Below, one piece after another: positions 36,315 to 45,608 of a stretch of 64,000 bases of DNA; the stretch's first letter is position 1, and every line of letters starts with the position of its first letter. This DNA comes from Spirochaetia bacterium. Its GTDB lineage: Bacteria > Spirochaetota > Spirochaetia > SZUA-6 > Bin103. Below the pieces are notes generated by a model. It saw nothing but the letters and a program-made list of their open reading frames with translations, made no database searches and was not told the origin of the DNA. Position numbers and translations under genes: made by a program. The stretch spans positions 4,224,001 to 4,288,000 of the forward strand of contig OZ241863.1 in NCBI GenBank assembly GCA_965203055.1. The letters are read 5' to 3'.

Positions 36315-36640
36315 GCTCGGTCCGGCAGGTGCTGCGGCGGATCATCGGCTTGCTGCCACTTGCCGCGCCGGCTGCTGAGCAGAGATGACCGCCCTGTTCG
36401 GCGGCCGCCTTCGCCAACGCGCGCCGCGTCACTGCCGATCACCTGCAGATGATGGCGCCGTGCCGTCGTATGAAGCAGGATCACCACGCACGATCCTCTC
36501 AGCGGGCGCCTCGCCTCGTTGCCCCCGCACGGCCGCCGCAACCTGAAGGGGCATGGCGCGCCATCGACCTGACCGTCCGGCCCTGAGTCTTGCCCGGCCG
36601 CGCGCGCCGCGGTATGGTGAATGAGGAGGCACGGACCCCT
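36315..36640 (+). repeat. ~300-bp promoter/RBS module, copy A
   Basis: Aligns with 38298, 39048 and 40089; ends TTGCCC-N17-TATGGT..GAGGAGG. Confidence 0.9.
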
Positions 36641-36829
36641 TGGCAGCGCAGCACGACGCGGCATGATGCGCGTCCAGCCGTTCATCAGCACCGACTGATC
36701 AAAGCATCCTGCCCTTCTCGCACAGGTCCCGCGGCGGCGGTACTCTTGCCGCCAGTTCGCGCGTCACTGCCTTGCCTGTCGCGCCGCCGCGCCGCGTGCT
36801 ATGCTGCGCAGCGTCTGGAGGCGTGGTCG

Positions 36830-37522
36830 ATGGCAAGTTCACTCAGCGCTCCGCTGGCGGCGCCGGTAGCGGTAGAATACCCCAGTTCCGACGGCAAGCC
36901 GATGGCTGAAAGCGATTCCCAACGGATACCTCTGACGTACGCCGTCGACCGGCTCCGGTACCACTTCCGCAACCACGCCGACGTGTACGCCTCCGGCAAC
37001 CTGCTGATCTACTACGAGAAGGGGAGTCCGGGCGCGAGGGTGGCGCCGGACGTGTTCGTGGTGTTCGGTGTCCCCAATGTCGAGCGCTCGTCGTACCGGC
37101 TGTGGGAGGAGGGGAAGGGACCCGACTTCGTGCTGGAGATCACGTCGCGGGCGACGTGGCGGGAAGATCAGACCAAGAAGCGGGAGTTGTATCGGCGGCT
37201 GGGGGTACGGGAGTACTGGCAGTACGATCCGACGCGGGACTACCTGAAGCCGCCGCTGCAGGGGTTGGAGTTGGTGGGGGAAGATTACGAGCGGCTGCCA
37301 AGCCGGGATTTGGCGGACGGCACCCTGGCGCTGCGGAGCGAAGTGCTGGGATTGGAGTTGCGTCTGGCCGGCCGGCGGCTGCGGTTCCACGATCCGCAGA
37401 CCGGAGAGGACCTGCCGGACTTGGCGGAGACCGAAGACCGACGCCGTGAGGCGGAGGCTCGCGCGGAGGCGGCCGAAGCGCGCTTGGCCGAACTCGAGGC
37501 TCTTCAGCGACAATCAAGATGA
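36830..37522 (+). CDS. Uma2 family endonuclease, paralogue of 30115 with short tail
   Basis: Same leader GCGTCTGGAGGCGTGGTCG and same motifs. Confidence 0.93.
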   Translation: MASSLSAPLAAPVAVEYPSSDGKPMAESDSQRIPLTYAVDRLRYHFRNHADVYASGNLLIYYEKGSPGARVAPDVFVVFGVPNVERSSYRLWEEGKGPDFVLEITSRATWREDQTKKRELYRRLGVREYWQYDPTRDYLKPPLQGLELVGEDYERLPSRDLADGTLALRSEVLGLELRLAGRRLRFHDPQTGEDLPDLAETEDRRREAEARAEAAEARLAELEALQRQSR

Positions 37523-37829
37523 GAATCCACTGCGAACGTCGACCGAACGCCACCGAGCGGGTGACGGTCAAGTGATCCATCAAGAGGGCCGCCCCGGAGT
37601 ACGGTCACGATCACCCCTCCGTAACCCCGCAGGCGGCATAGCTCACGCCACCCCGCATCGCCCAAGACAAGCCGCCATACGCCCCGGCCGATTTTAGTGT
37701 CCCGCAAGAGCGCAGGGAGGCATACATGAAGAAGCCGGAGTACCCGCGGGCGTGGCAGAGAGCCACTACCGCCGCCGAATGTCACACGCTTGAATCGCCC
37801 TCGATGTGGTCGGCCAGAAGGACGGCGAG

Positions 37830-38275
37830 ATGTTTGACGTCGGCTTGTTCTTCGCTTGTAACGATTCGAAGCACGATTCGAAGAACGGTTGCCTCTACGT
37901 GTTCGCGACGACGCGCGATCGCGTCAAACCCTACGACAGCGACGCCGTGAGCATCGTCGCCAACTTCGCTCGACTCCGTAGAAACGAACAAGAGGAGATT
38001 CTGACAGAAACGGAGCAGTTTCTGGACGAACGACGCGCCTTCGTCCGTTCTTCTCACGGCTACCGTATCATGCGCAGGAGCGATGTCAGAGGAGAAGTCG
38101 GTGTCTACTCCTGGCGCTGTCGTATGGATTCCCTGCGCCGGGAGATGGGCCGTCTCCATACCTTCATCAGGCAGGAAAAGCCATACTTCGTCGAGGGTCT
38201 GATCGATCCGAGAGACCTGTTCCGCATCTTCATCGTGCAGCCTCGCCGGCTGTTTCCTCGCCTCAGAGCGCCAAT
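37830..38275 (+). pseudogene. FRG-domain protein fragment 2 (central part)
   Basis: GLFFAC, GCLYVFATTRDRVKPYDSDAVSIVANFARL, IRQEKPYF, FPRLRA then truncated. Confidence 0.7.
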
Positions 38276-38297
38276 GCGCGCCGAAGAGAACGAGTGC

Positions 38298-38614
38298 GCT
38301 CGGTCGGCAGGTGCTGCGGCTGATCGTCGGCCTAGTGCCACACCACCGCGCCGACTGCCGAGCAGAGCTGACCGCCTTGTTTCGGCGGCGGCCTTCGCCA
38401 ACGCGCGCCGCGTCACTGCCGATCACCTGCATGGCGCCGTGCCGTCCGATGAAGCAGGACCACCACGCACGATCCTCTCAGCCGGCGCCTCGCCTCGTTG
38501 CCCCCGCACGGCCGCCGCAACGTGAAGGGCCATCGCGCGCCATCGACCTGACCGGCCCTGAGTCTTGCCCGGTCGCGCGCGCCGCGGTATGGTGAGTGAG
38601 GAGGCACGGACCCC
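38298..38614 (+). repeat. ~300-bp promoter/RBS module, copy B
   Basis: As copy A. Confidence 0.9.
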
Positions 38615-39040
38615 ATGGCGCTCACCGATACTGACCTGCAAGTCGTGGTCGAGCATGTCAAGCGCATGCTGCCGGCCATGCTGATCGAGACCGCACCCCT
38701 CAGCCATCTTCAGGGTGACGCATCCGCAACAGCGCCCGGCAACTACGCCGAGGAGCACTTGGCGCGGTTCGAAGAACGCACGGCGCAGGAGTTCAAGGCC
38801 CTCCGCGAGTTGATGCAAGCGGGCTTCGCGGCGGTGGACAAGCGTTTCGAGGACATGAACAAGCGTTTCGAGGACATGAACAAACGCTTCGAGGAGATGA
38901 ACGCCAACATCGACAAGCGCTTCGCGGCGGTGGACAAACGCTTCGAGGACATGAACAAACGCTTCACCGCGATCCAGTGGATGGGCACCGTGGCGTTCGT
39001 GGTCCTCGGCGTCATCATCTCGGTCGTCGGGCTCTCGTGA
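38615..39040 (+). CDS. Tail-anchored coiled-coil repeat protein (Bdr/DUF1640-like), 141 aa
   Basis: KRFEDMN heptads, C-terminal TM QWMGTVAFVVLGVIISVV. Confidence 0.85.
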   Translation: MALTDTDLQVVVEHVKRMLPAMLIETAPLSHLQGDASATAPGNYAEEHLARFEERTAQEFKALRELMQAGFAAVDKRFEDMNKRFEDMNKRFEEMNANIDKRFAAVDKRFEDMNKRFTAIQWMGTVAFVVLGVIISVVGLS

Positions 39041-39047
39041 CCAGCAC

Positions 39048-39326
39048 CTGAGCAGAGCTGACCGCCCTGTTTCGACGGCCGCGCCCGCCAACGCGCGCCG
39101 TGTCACTGCCGATCACCTGCGGATCATGGCGCCGTGCCGTCAGACGAAGCAGGACCATCACAAGCACGATCCTCTCGGCCGGCGCCTCGCCTCGTTGCCC
39201 CCGCACGGCCGCCGCAACGTGAAGGGCCATCGCGCGCCATCGACCTGACCGACCGGCGACCGGCCGGCGCTTGAGCCTTGCCCGGTCGCGCGCGCCGCGG
39301 TATGGTGGCCGAGGCGCGGATAACCC
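39048..39326 (+). repeat. Promoter module copy C (5'-shortened, RBS altered)
   Basis: As copy A; promoter retained. Confidence 0.9.
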
Positions 39327-39467
39327 ATGGGCGGATCGGCCACCACCCTGCGGGTGTACGTCTGTTTCCAAGGCGATAGCCTGAAGGCTGGTCTCGTCAC
39401 CGGGCATCGGCAGAGAGACGGTTGAACCGGCACCACCCAATACCAGCCGGCAACCGGGGGGCACACC

Positions 39468-39950
39468 ATGGCGGTAATCGACTGGGTAGCGGTAGGAACC
39501 CCCATAGTGGCGATGGTGGGAATGTTCGGCATGATGCTGAAGGTCCTCGGTTCGCTGAACAAGAGGTTCGACGACATGAACAAGAGGTTCGACGACATGA
39601 ACAATAGATTCGACGACATAAACAGGAGATTCGACGACCTGAAGGACTCTCTGAACAAGAGGATCGATGATCTGGCCACCGGCTTGAACAAGAGGATCGA
39701 CGATCTGGCCGCCAGCTTGAACAAGAGGATCGACGATCTGGCCGCCGAGGTGAAAGACATGCACCAAGAGGTCCGTTCGATAGACAAGCGGATGGTTCAT
39801 CTTGAAGGAAGGATGGACAGTCTGGAAGGGCGTCAGAGCAGGGAGCCGGGAGCGATGAGGCCGGTGCCGGTATCTGGTGTGGAGAGACCACTCACCCCAC
39901 CGCCCCCTTGGCAGCAGGAGGAAGCGGAGACAGGCGCAGCAGCCCGGTAG
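39468..39950 (+). CDS. N-anchored coiled-coil repeat protein, 160 aa
   Basis: N-terminal TM; NKRFDDM heptads and LNKRIDDLAAS 11-mers. Confidence 0.85.
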   Translation: MAVIDWVAVGTPIVAMVGMFGMMLKVLGSLNKRFDDMNKRFDDMNNRFDDINRRFDDLKDSLNKRIDDLATGLNKRIDDLAASLNKRIDDLAAEVKDMHQEVRSIDKRMVHLEGRMDSLEGRQSREPGAMRPVPVSGVERPLTPPPPWQQEEAETGAAAR

Positions 39951-40088
39951 TATCGCCTGCTGCTGGCGCACGTGGCGGAGCGCATGAACCGCAAGAAACG
40001 GGAAAGCACAATTGCCCTGCCATCTCGCCGAACGGAACAAGAAAATCGGATCTACTGACGACTCCATGAAGTGACGTATTCCCCGTAA

Positions 40089-40382
40089 GTGCTGCGGCCG
40101 ATCATCGACTTGCTGCCACGGCACCTCGTCGAGCTGACCGCCCTGTCGGCGGCCGGCGTTCGCCAACGCGCACCGCGTTCCTGGCGATCACCTGCAGATC
40201 ATGGCGCCGTGCGTCGGATGAAGCAGGACCACCACGCACGATCCTCTCGGCCGGCGCCTCGCCTCGTTGCGCCCGCACGGCCGCCGCAACCTGAAGGGCA
40301 TGGCGCGCCATCGACCTGACCGGCCCTGAGTCTTGCCCGGTCGCGCGCGCCGCGGTATGGTGAGTGAGGAGGCACGGACCCC
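40089..40382 (+). repeat. Promoter/RBS module copy D
   Basis: As copy A. Confidence 0.9.
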
Positions 40383-40904
40383 ATGGCGCTCACCGATACT
40401 GACCTGCAAGTCGTGGTCGAGCATGTCAAGCGCATGCTGCCGGCCATGCTGATCGAGACCGCACCCCGCAGCCATCTTCAGGGTGACGCATCCGCAACAG
40501 CGCCCGGCAACTACGCCGAGGAGCACTTGGCGCGGTTCGAAGAACGCACGGCGCAGGAGTTCAAGGCCCTCCGCGAGTTGATGCAAGCGGGCTTCGCGGC
40601 GGTGGACAAGCGTTTCGAGGACATGAACAAGCGTTTCGAGGACATGAACAAACGCTTCGAGGACATGAACAAACGCTTCGAGGAGATGAACGCCAACATC
40701 GACAAGCGCTTCGCGGCGGTGGACAAACGCTTCGAGGACATGAACAAACGCTTCGAGGAGATGAACGCCAACATCGACAAGCGCTTCGCGGCGGTGAACA
40801 AACGCTTCGAGGACATGAACAAACGCTTCACCGCGATCCAGTGGATGGGCACCGTGGCGTTCGTGGTCCTCGGCGTCATCATCTCGGTCGTCGGGCTCTC
40901 GTGA
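40383..40904 (+). CDS. Tail-anchored coiled-coil repeat protein (Bdr/DUF1640-like), 173 aa
   Basis: Near-identical to 38615 plus 32 extra repeat residues. Confidence 0.85.
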   Translation: MALTDTDLQVVVEHVKRMLPAMLIETAPRSHLQGDASATAPGNYAEEHLARFEERTAQEFKALRELMQAGFAAVDKRFEDMNKRFEDMNKRFEDMNKRFEEMNANIDKRFAAVDKRFEDMNKRFEEMNANIDKRFAAVNKRFEDMNKRFTAIQWMGTVAFVVLGVIISVVGLS

Positions 40905-40948
40905 CCAGCACCCGAGCAGAGCTGACCGCCCTGTTTCGACGGCCGCGC
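40905..40948 (+). repeat. Partial module copy E
   Basis: CCAGCACCCGAGCAGAGCTGACCGCCCTGTTTCGACGGCCGCGC matches 39041-39084. Confidence 0.85.
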
Positions 40949-41029
40949 CTGTCCGCCGGGTGAACCCGCTCGCCGCGGGAACGGCGCATACTTGACGGCG
41001 GCGGCGGAGCGGTCCAATCTGAAGCAGGC

Positions 41030-41596
41030 ATGAGTGAGCAACCCAACGTGACCGGTGAGACGCTGCGCGAAGCGCAGTTCGAGCGCGGCGTCGGCAGCTA
41101 CGTCCGCTGGATGGGGTCGGCCTTCCTGGCCGTCTCCGTCGTCGGCATCGTGTTCATTCCGATCTGGCTCCTGATCAGCCTGTGGTACGTGCCGGCCTAC
41201 GTCCAGCGGCTGTCCGCCCGGCTGACCACGCACGCGTTGGAGGTCAAGAAGGGCGTACTCTTCCGCTCGGAGGCGACCATCCCGCTCAATCGAATCACCG
41301 ACCTCCGCCTGTACGACGGACCGCTCATGCGCGCCCTCAGGTTGCGCGGGCTGAAGGTGGAGACCGCCGGACAATCAAGCGAAAACTCCAGCGAGGGCAA
41401 GCTGGTCGGGGTGACCGCGGTGGTCGAGTTCCGCAATGCGGTCCTGCTCCAACGGCAGACATCGGTGGACGGCGAACAGCCCGCCGGCGCCCCCCGCCAG
41501 GTGGAGGGCGCTACCGGCGCTGCCGACGCGACCGAGCTGCTGGCCGAGATCCGCGACATCCTGGCGCGCATGGAAAGGCAACGGGCGCGCTCGTAG
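41030..41596 (+). CDS. Bacterial PH-domain (bPH_2) membrane protein
   Basis: 2 TM, KKGVLFRSEATIPLNRITD, GPLMR, KVETAG. Confidence 0.85.
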   Translation: MSEQPNVTGETLREAQFERGVGSYVRWMGSAFLAVSVVGIVFIPIWLLISLWYVPAYVQRLSARLTTHALEVKKGVLFRSEATIPLNRITDLRLYDGPLMRALRLRGLKVETAGQSSENSSEGKLVGVTAVVEFRNAVLLQRQTSVDGEQPAGAPRQVEGATGAADATELLAEIRDILARMERQRARS

Positions 41597-41629
41597 CGCT
41601 GACCCGCTCCCGCCGCCGGCGCCGCTCCG

Positions 41630-43243
41630 CTACAACATCCAGACGGCCACCGCGCGCCCATCCCGCCGGCGCTCGTCCGGCGCGGCCGCGCGCTCGCGTT
41701 CGACCGGGCGCCGGTCGCGCGGCCGCCGGTCGAACACCACCAGATGCCCCTCCGCGGCGCCGCACTGCGCCATGTAGCCCAGGGTCTGCTCGACGCCGCG
41801 CTCGACGGTAGCGGCGAGGGTCTGCCGGTCGGTGCCGCGCAGCACCTTGCACTCGATCACGTAACGCTCCCACAGGTCGGACGGCTGGCCCGGCTGCCGC
41901 GGCCACAGCACCAGCAGGTCGGTCCGGCCGCGGCCCAATCCGTATTCGCGCTCGATCCGGCCGCCGCCGTTCACGATGCGCTGCAGATACGCCTGCAGGA
42001 TCAACTGCGGCGCCGCCTCGCGGTACTCCTCGAAGCGCCCCAGCCAGTGCCCTGCGTGCTCCCCGTAGAAGGTACGGAACGCCCGCAGCAGCTTCGCAAG
42101 GTCCAGCCGCCCGGCGCCGTCCACGTACCACGCCGCCTGCTGGTCCAGGCTGCTTTGCAGGACGTAGCCCAGTTCCCGCGGCACCACTTCCGCGTAGATC
42201 GGGTTGGCCACGCGCGGCGGGGCGCCGCCGTCGATCAGGCCCAGGTCACGGACGTAGTCGAGATCGCGCGCCTGGTAATGCGCCTCGCCGCCGCTCAGGA
42301 GCGGCTCCACGACGCGCCGCACGCGCTCCTCCTCCAGCTTGTGCGCCAACTGGTCCAGATGCGTCCGGCGCGCCAGGATCAGCTCCTCGCGCGCGGCGTA
42401 GATGGCATCCTGATCGATGGTGCGCGCGCGGTCGCGCCCCGCCTTGTTGTCGAAGCACGCCTCGGCGCACAGCGCGTTCACCAGCCACGGCTGGCCCCGG
42501 GTCTGGGTCCAGACCGCGGCCAGCGCCGCCGGCGTGAAGCGCTGGCCGGTCTGCTCGGTGTGCTGCGCCAGCAGCGCGCGCGTCTGCGCCGCGGTGAAGT
42601 CGCCCAGGCGCACCGACTTGGCGGCGATGTTGAACGGGCTGCCGCCGGCCACCGCCTCGCCGGCGCTGGAGCGGATGCGGTAGTCGCGCAGGTCGCGGAC
42701 CCCGCTCAGCACGATGCTCTGCGGGAAGCCTGCGGGACGTTGCTCGTAGCCGGCGCGGAGCTGGCGCAGCACCGACAACAGGGTGTCGCCCGCCAGCGAG
42801 TCGATCTCGTCCACCAGCAGCACCAGCGGCGTGGGATCGGCCAGGCACCACTCGACCAGCAACTCCTGCAGCGCGGCGTCGGGGCCCGACTGCTCCAGGA
42901 TGCCGGGCCAGACGCGGCGCGGAACGTCGTCGCCCAACAGCCGGGCGCGCGAGGCCACGCTGCTGAGGATGGCGCGCATGGCGCGCGCGGTATCGTCGCG
43001 CGCTACCTGGCCGACCTCGACGTTGACGTCTACGCAGCGGTAGTTCCCGGCCGCGCCGCTGTTGAGCAGATCGCGCAGCGCGATCAGGGCCGACGTCTTG
43101 CCGGTCTGGCGCGGCGCGCGCAGCACGAAGTATTGCCCGGCGCGAATCATGTCCAGCAGTTCCTCGGCGTCCAACCGTTCCAGCGGCGGAATCGCGTAGT
43201 GGTCCTGCGGGCGCACGGGGCCGGCCGTGTTGAAGCGGCGCAT
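41630..43243 (-). CDS. AAA-family ATPase with C-terminal PD-(D/E)XK nuclease
   Basis: FNTAGP, APRQTGKT, LLVDEID, SPFNI, REYGLGRGRTDL, IECK. Confidence 0.9.
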   Translation of the reverse strand: MRRFNTAGPVRPQDHYAIPPLERLDAEELLDMIRAGQYFVLRAPRQTGKTSALIALRDLLNSGAAGNYRCVDVNVEVGQVARDDTARAMRAILSSVASRARLLGDDVPRRVWPGILEQSGPDAALQELLVEWCLADPTPLVLLVDEIDSLAGDTLLSVLRQLRAGYEQRPAGFPQSIVLSGVRDLRDYRIRSSAGEAVAGGSPFNIAAKSVRLGDFTAAQTRALLAQHTEQTGQRFTPAALAAVWTQTRGQPWLVNALCAEACFDNKAGRDRARTIDQDAIYAAREELILARRTHLDQLAHKLEEERVRRVVEPLLSGGEAHYQARDLDYVRDLGLIDGGAPPRVANPIYAEVVPRELGYVLQSSLDQQAAWYVDGAGRLDLAKLLRAFRTFYGEHAGHWLGRFEEYREAAPQLILQAYLQRIVNGGGRIEREYGLGRGRTDLLVLWPRQPGQPSDLWERYVIECKVLRGTDRQTLAATVERGVEQTLGYMAQCGAAEGHLVVFDRRPRDRRPVERERAAAPDERRRDGRAVAVWML

Positions 43244-43267
43244 GGTACGCGCGGTCCGCCGGCGGCG

Positions 43268-44125
43268 CTACTTCAGGCCGGGGCCGGCGCGGTTGCTCCA
43301 TGAGACCGGCTCGGCCGCACCGGCGTAGACCGGCAGCAAGTGGCCGGTGACGGCGCGGGTTTGCTCCGCCCAGCGGCGCCAGTCGGGCAGATCGGTGACG
43401 TGGTTGGCGATCAGCGCCTGCAGCTCCTCCGGGAGGTCGTCGTAGGCGGGCCAGTACCAGATCGTGAGCACGGTGCGGCGCTCGCCCGACCGGTTGGCGT
43501 GAGCGGAATGGAGCAGGCGCGCGTCGCCGACCACCACGTCGCCCGCGCGCACCGGCACGTCCACCTCGCCGGGCGCCGGCTGCAGGGCCGGATGCTCCAG
43601 GTTGGCTGCGGTGCCCACCTCATCCGACTCGTGCGCGTTGCGCGGCAGGTCGTGCAGCGGATGGCGCTTCAGATGCGATCCCGGAATCACCCGCAGACAG
43701 CCGTTGGCGCGCGCGGTATCGACCAGATAGTACATCAGGAAGTATTGCTGCGGGCGGTCGGTGTAGCTGATCGGATGGTTCCACAGCACCCCGTCCTGGT
43801 GCCAGTAGAGCGGCGGGGCGTGCGGCGGTTTGCTGATCAGGAACCCGCTCCACAGCCGGGGCCGCTCGAACCCCAGGGCGGCGAATACCGCCAGCGCGCG
43901 CGGGTCGGCGAGCAGCTCGGCAAACGCCGGATGGGGAAACTTCCAGTAGGCAATGATGCAGCCCTGGGCGCGGTGCCGCGCGAAGTGCTCCGGGTCTTCC
44001 TGGGCGATGGTCCACTCGCTCATGGCGTTCAGCTTCGCCACGGTGGCGGCATCCAACACGTTCTCGAAGATGCAGAACCCGTCGCGTATCAACTGCTCCC
44101 GCTTTTCCTGCTCCCGGACCGGCAT
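43268..44125 (-). CDS. Phytanoyl-CoA dioxygenase (PhyH) family
   Basis: YWHQD, NGCLRVIPGSH, LLHSAHAN; GGAGG RBS. Confidence 0.92.
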   Translation of the reverse strand: MPVREQEKREQLIRDGFCIFENVLDAATVAKLNAMSEWTIAQEDPEHFARHRAQGCIIAYWKFPHPAFAELLADPRALAVFAALGFERPRLWSGFLISKPPHAPPLYWHQDGVLWNHPISYTDRPQQYFLMYYLVDTARANGCLRVIPGSHLKRHPLHDLPRNAHESDEVGTAANLEHPALQPAPGEVDVPVRAGDVVVGDARLLHSAHANRSGERRTVLTIWYWPAYDDLPEELQALIANHVTDLPDWRRWAEQTRAVTGHLLPVYAGAAEPVSWSNRAGPGLK

Positions 44126-44253
44126 CGACGTTCCTCCTCCCGGAGCGGCTGACCGCATGGCGTCGGCCAAGCCCCGAGCGCGGCCCCTATTGTAGCGCCC
44201 CGCCATCCGCGGGTCAGCCATGGGTTGCGTTTCGCCGGCCTTGCCCCTTGGCG

Positions 44254-45429
44254 TCAGGTGATGATGGCGCCCGCCCACAGCCGCTCCAGGAACTGTTCCC
44301 AGGGCAGGATCAGGATGCCGTCGGGCGTGCGGCGGGGAGCGTCGGCGGTGCAGACCACGGCGGCCAGAGCGGGCCGGTGCTCCTCCGCGTACGCGCGGAG
44401 GCCCCGGAGCTCGCGCGGCCCGGGGTTGGCGCCGCCCTTGACCTCGAGCGCGACTTCACCTTCGCCGAGCACGAAGTCGCATTCCAGGCCCGACTTGGTG
44501 CGCCAGAAGCGCACCGGATAATCGCACTCCCGGTAGCTGCGGCAGGCAAGCAACTCCATGAGCACCAAGTGTTCCAGCGCGCGGCCGAAGTCGGGACCCG
44601 CAGCCCGTTCGACCCGGCGCCCGGCCAGGTAACCGGCGACGCCGACGTCGAACAGGTAGAACTTCGGCGCCCGGTTGATGACCGCGCGCGTCCGGCGGCT
44701 GCGGAACGGCTCCAGGAAGACGCCGAGCAGGGTATCGACGAGAATCTGAAAGTATTCCCGCACGGTCTTGGAATCGACGCCGCAGTCGCGAGCCACGCTG
44801 CTGAAGTTGAGCAGCTCCCCGTGACAGAACGGCAGCGCGTCGAAGAACCGCGAGAACGCCGCCACGTTGCGCGTCAGCCCTTCGTCGAATACTTCCTCCT
44901 TGAGGTAGTCGTCGACGTAGCCGGAGAGCGCGCGCCGGTTCTGAGCCGCGTCGTAGTGTTGCGGGACCAGGCCGCGATTGAGCGCGCGCAGCAGGTCGAA
45001 CGCCGGAATCTCCGGCCACGTCAGGGGATGCAGCCGGAAGCGCCAGGCGCGGCCGCCGAGCAGGTTGGCGCGCCCGCGCTTCAACTTGCGGGCGCTGGAG
45101 CCGCACAGCACGAAGCTCAGGCCGGCGTCTTCGATCAGACGATGCACCTCGTCGAGCAGGGGCGGCACTTTCTGCACCTCGTCGATGATGATCGGTTCGG
45201 CCCGGACCGCGGCGGAGAGAGCGCGCACGCGGTCGGCGAGGCTCCACGGCGCCCGCGTGAACTCCAGCAGCAACCGGGTATCGAGCAGGTCGAAGCGGGC
45301 GGAACGCGGGAACAGGCGCCGCAGCAGGGTCGACTTGCCGGTCTTGCGCGGCCCCCACAGGAACGCCGACTGGCCGCGCGGCAGCGTCAGGTCGAGGGTG
45401 CGGCGGTATGGCGCCAATTCGTCACTCAT
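44254..45429 (-). CDS. AAA_14 ATPase with DUF4143 domain
   Basis: GPRKTGKS, IDEVQK, CGSSAR, PKFYLFDVG, FWRTKSGLECDF, EVK. Confidence 0.92.
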   Translation of the reverse strand: MSDELAPYRRTLDLTLPRGQSAFLWGPRKTGKSTLLRRLFPRSARFDLLDTRLLLEFTRAPWSLADRVRALSAAVRAEPIIIDEVQKVPPLLDEVHRLIEDAGLSFVLCGSSARKLKRGRANLLGGRAWRFRLHPLTWPEIPAFDLLRALNRGLVPQHYDAAQNRRALSGYVDDYLKEEVFDEGLTRNVAAFSRFFDALPFCHGELLNFSSVARDCGVDSKTVREYFQILVDTLLGVFLEPFRSRRTRAVINRAPKFYLFDVGVAGYLAGRRVERAAGPDFGRALEHLVLMELLACRSYRECDYPVRFWRTKSGLECDFVLGEGEVALEVKGGANPGPRELRGLRAYAEEHRPALAAVVCTADAPRRTPDGILILPWEQFLERLWAGAIIT

Positions 45430-45448
45430 TCCGAACAGGTCTGACTCA

Positions 45449-45466
45449 TTCGGAATATATTCCGAA
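45449..45466. promoter_or_regulatory. Perfect 18-bp palindrome upstream of AAA_14-DUF4143
   Basis: TTCGGAATATATTCCGAA, with related half-sites near 45429 and 45488. Confidence 0.7.
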
Positions 45467-45608
45467 CTGGACGGATCGTCGAGGGTCCCGGAATATAGGT
45501 CCCGGCGCGGATGCGGCCTTCCCGCCACGCCGGCCTCACCGGCCTCATCCGGCAAGGTTGCCGCGCCCGACGGGTTTCATCTACGCTCGGCGCGATCCTG
45601 GAGGAACC

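Noticed and set aside
38615..40904. Diversity-generating retroelement TR/VR pair
   Set aside because: Differences are repeat-count changes, not adenine-specific substitutions, and no reverse transcriptase was seen
36315..40948. CRISPR array or integron cassette array
   Set aside because: Repeats are ~300 bp, no attC R/L box symmetry was recognised, and no cas or intI gene is in the window
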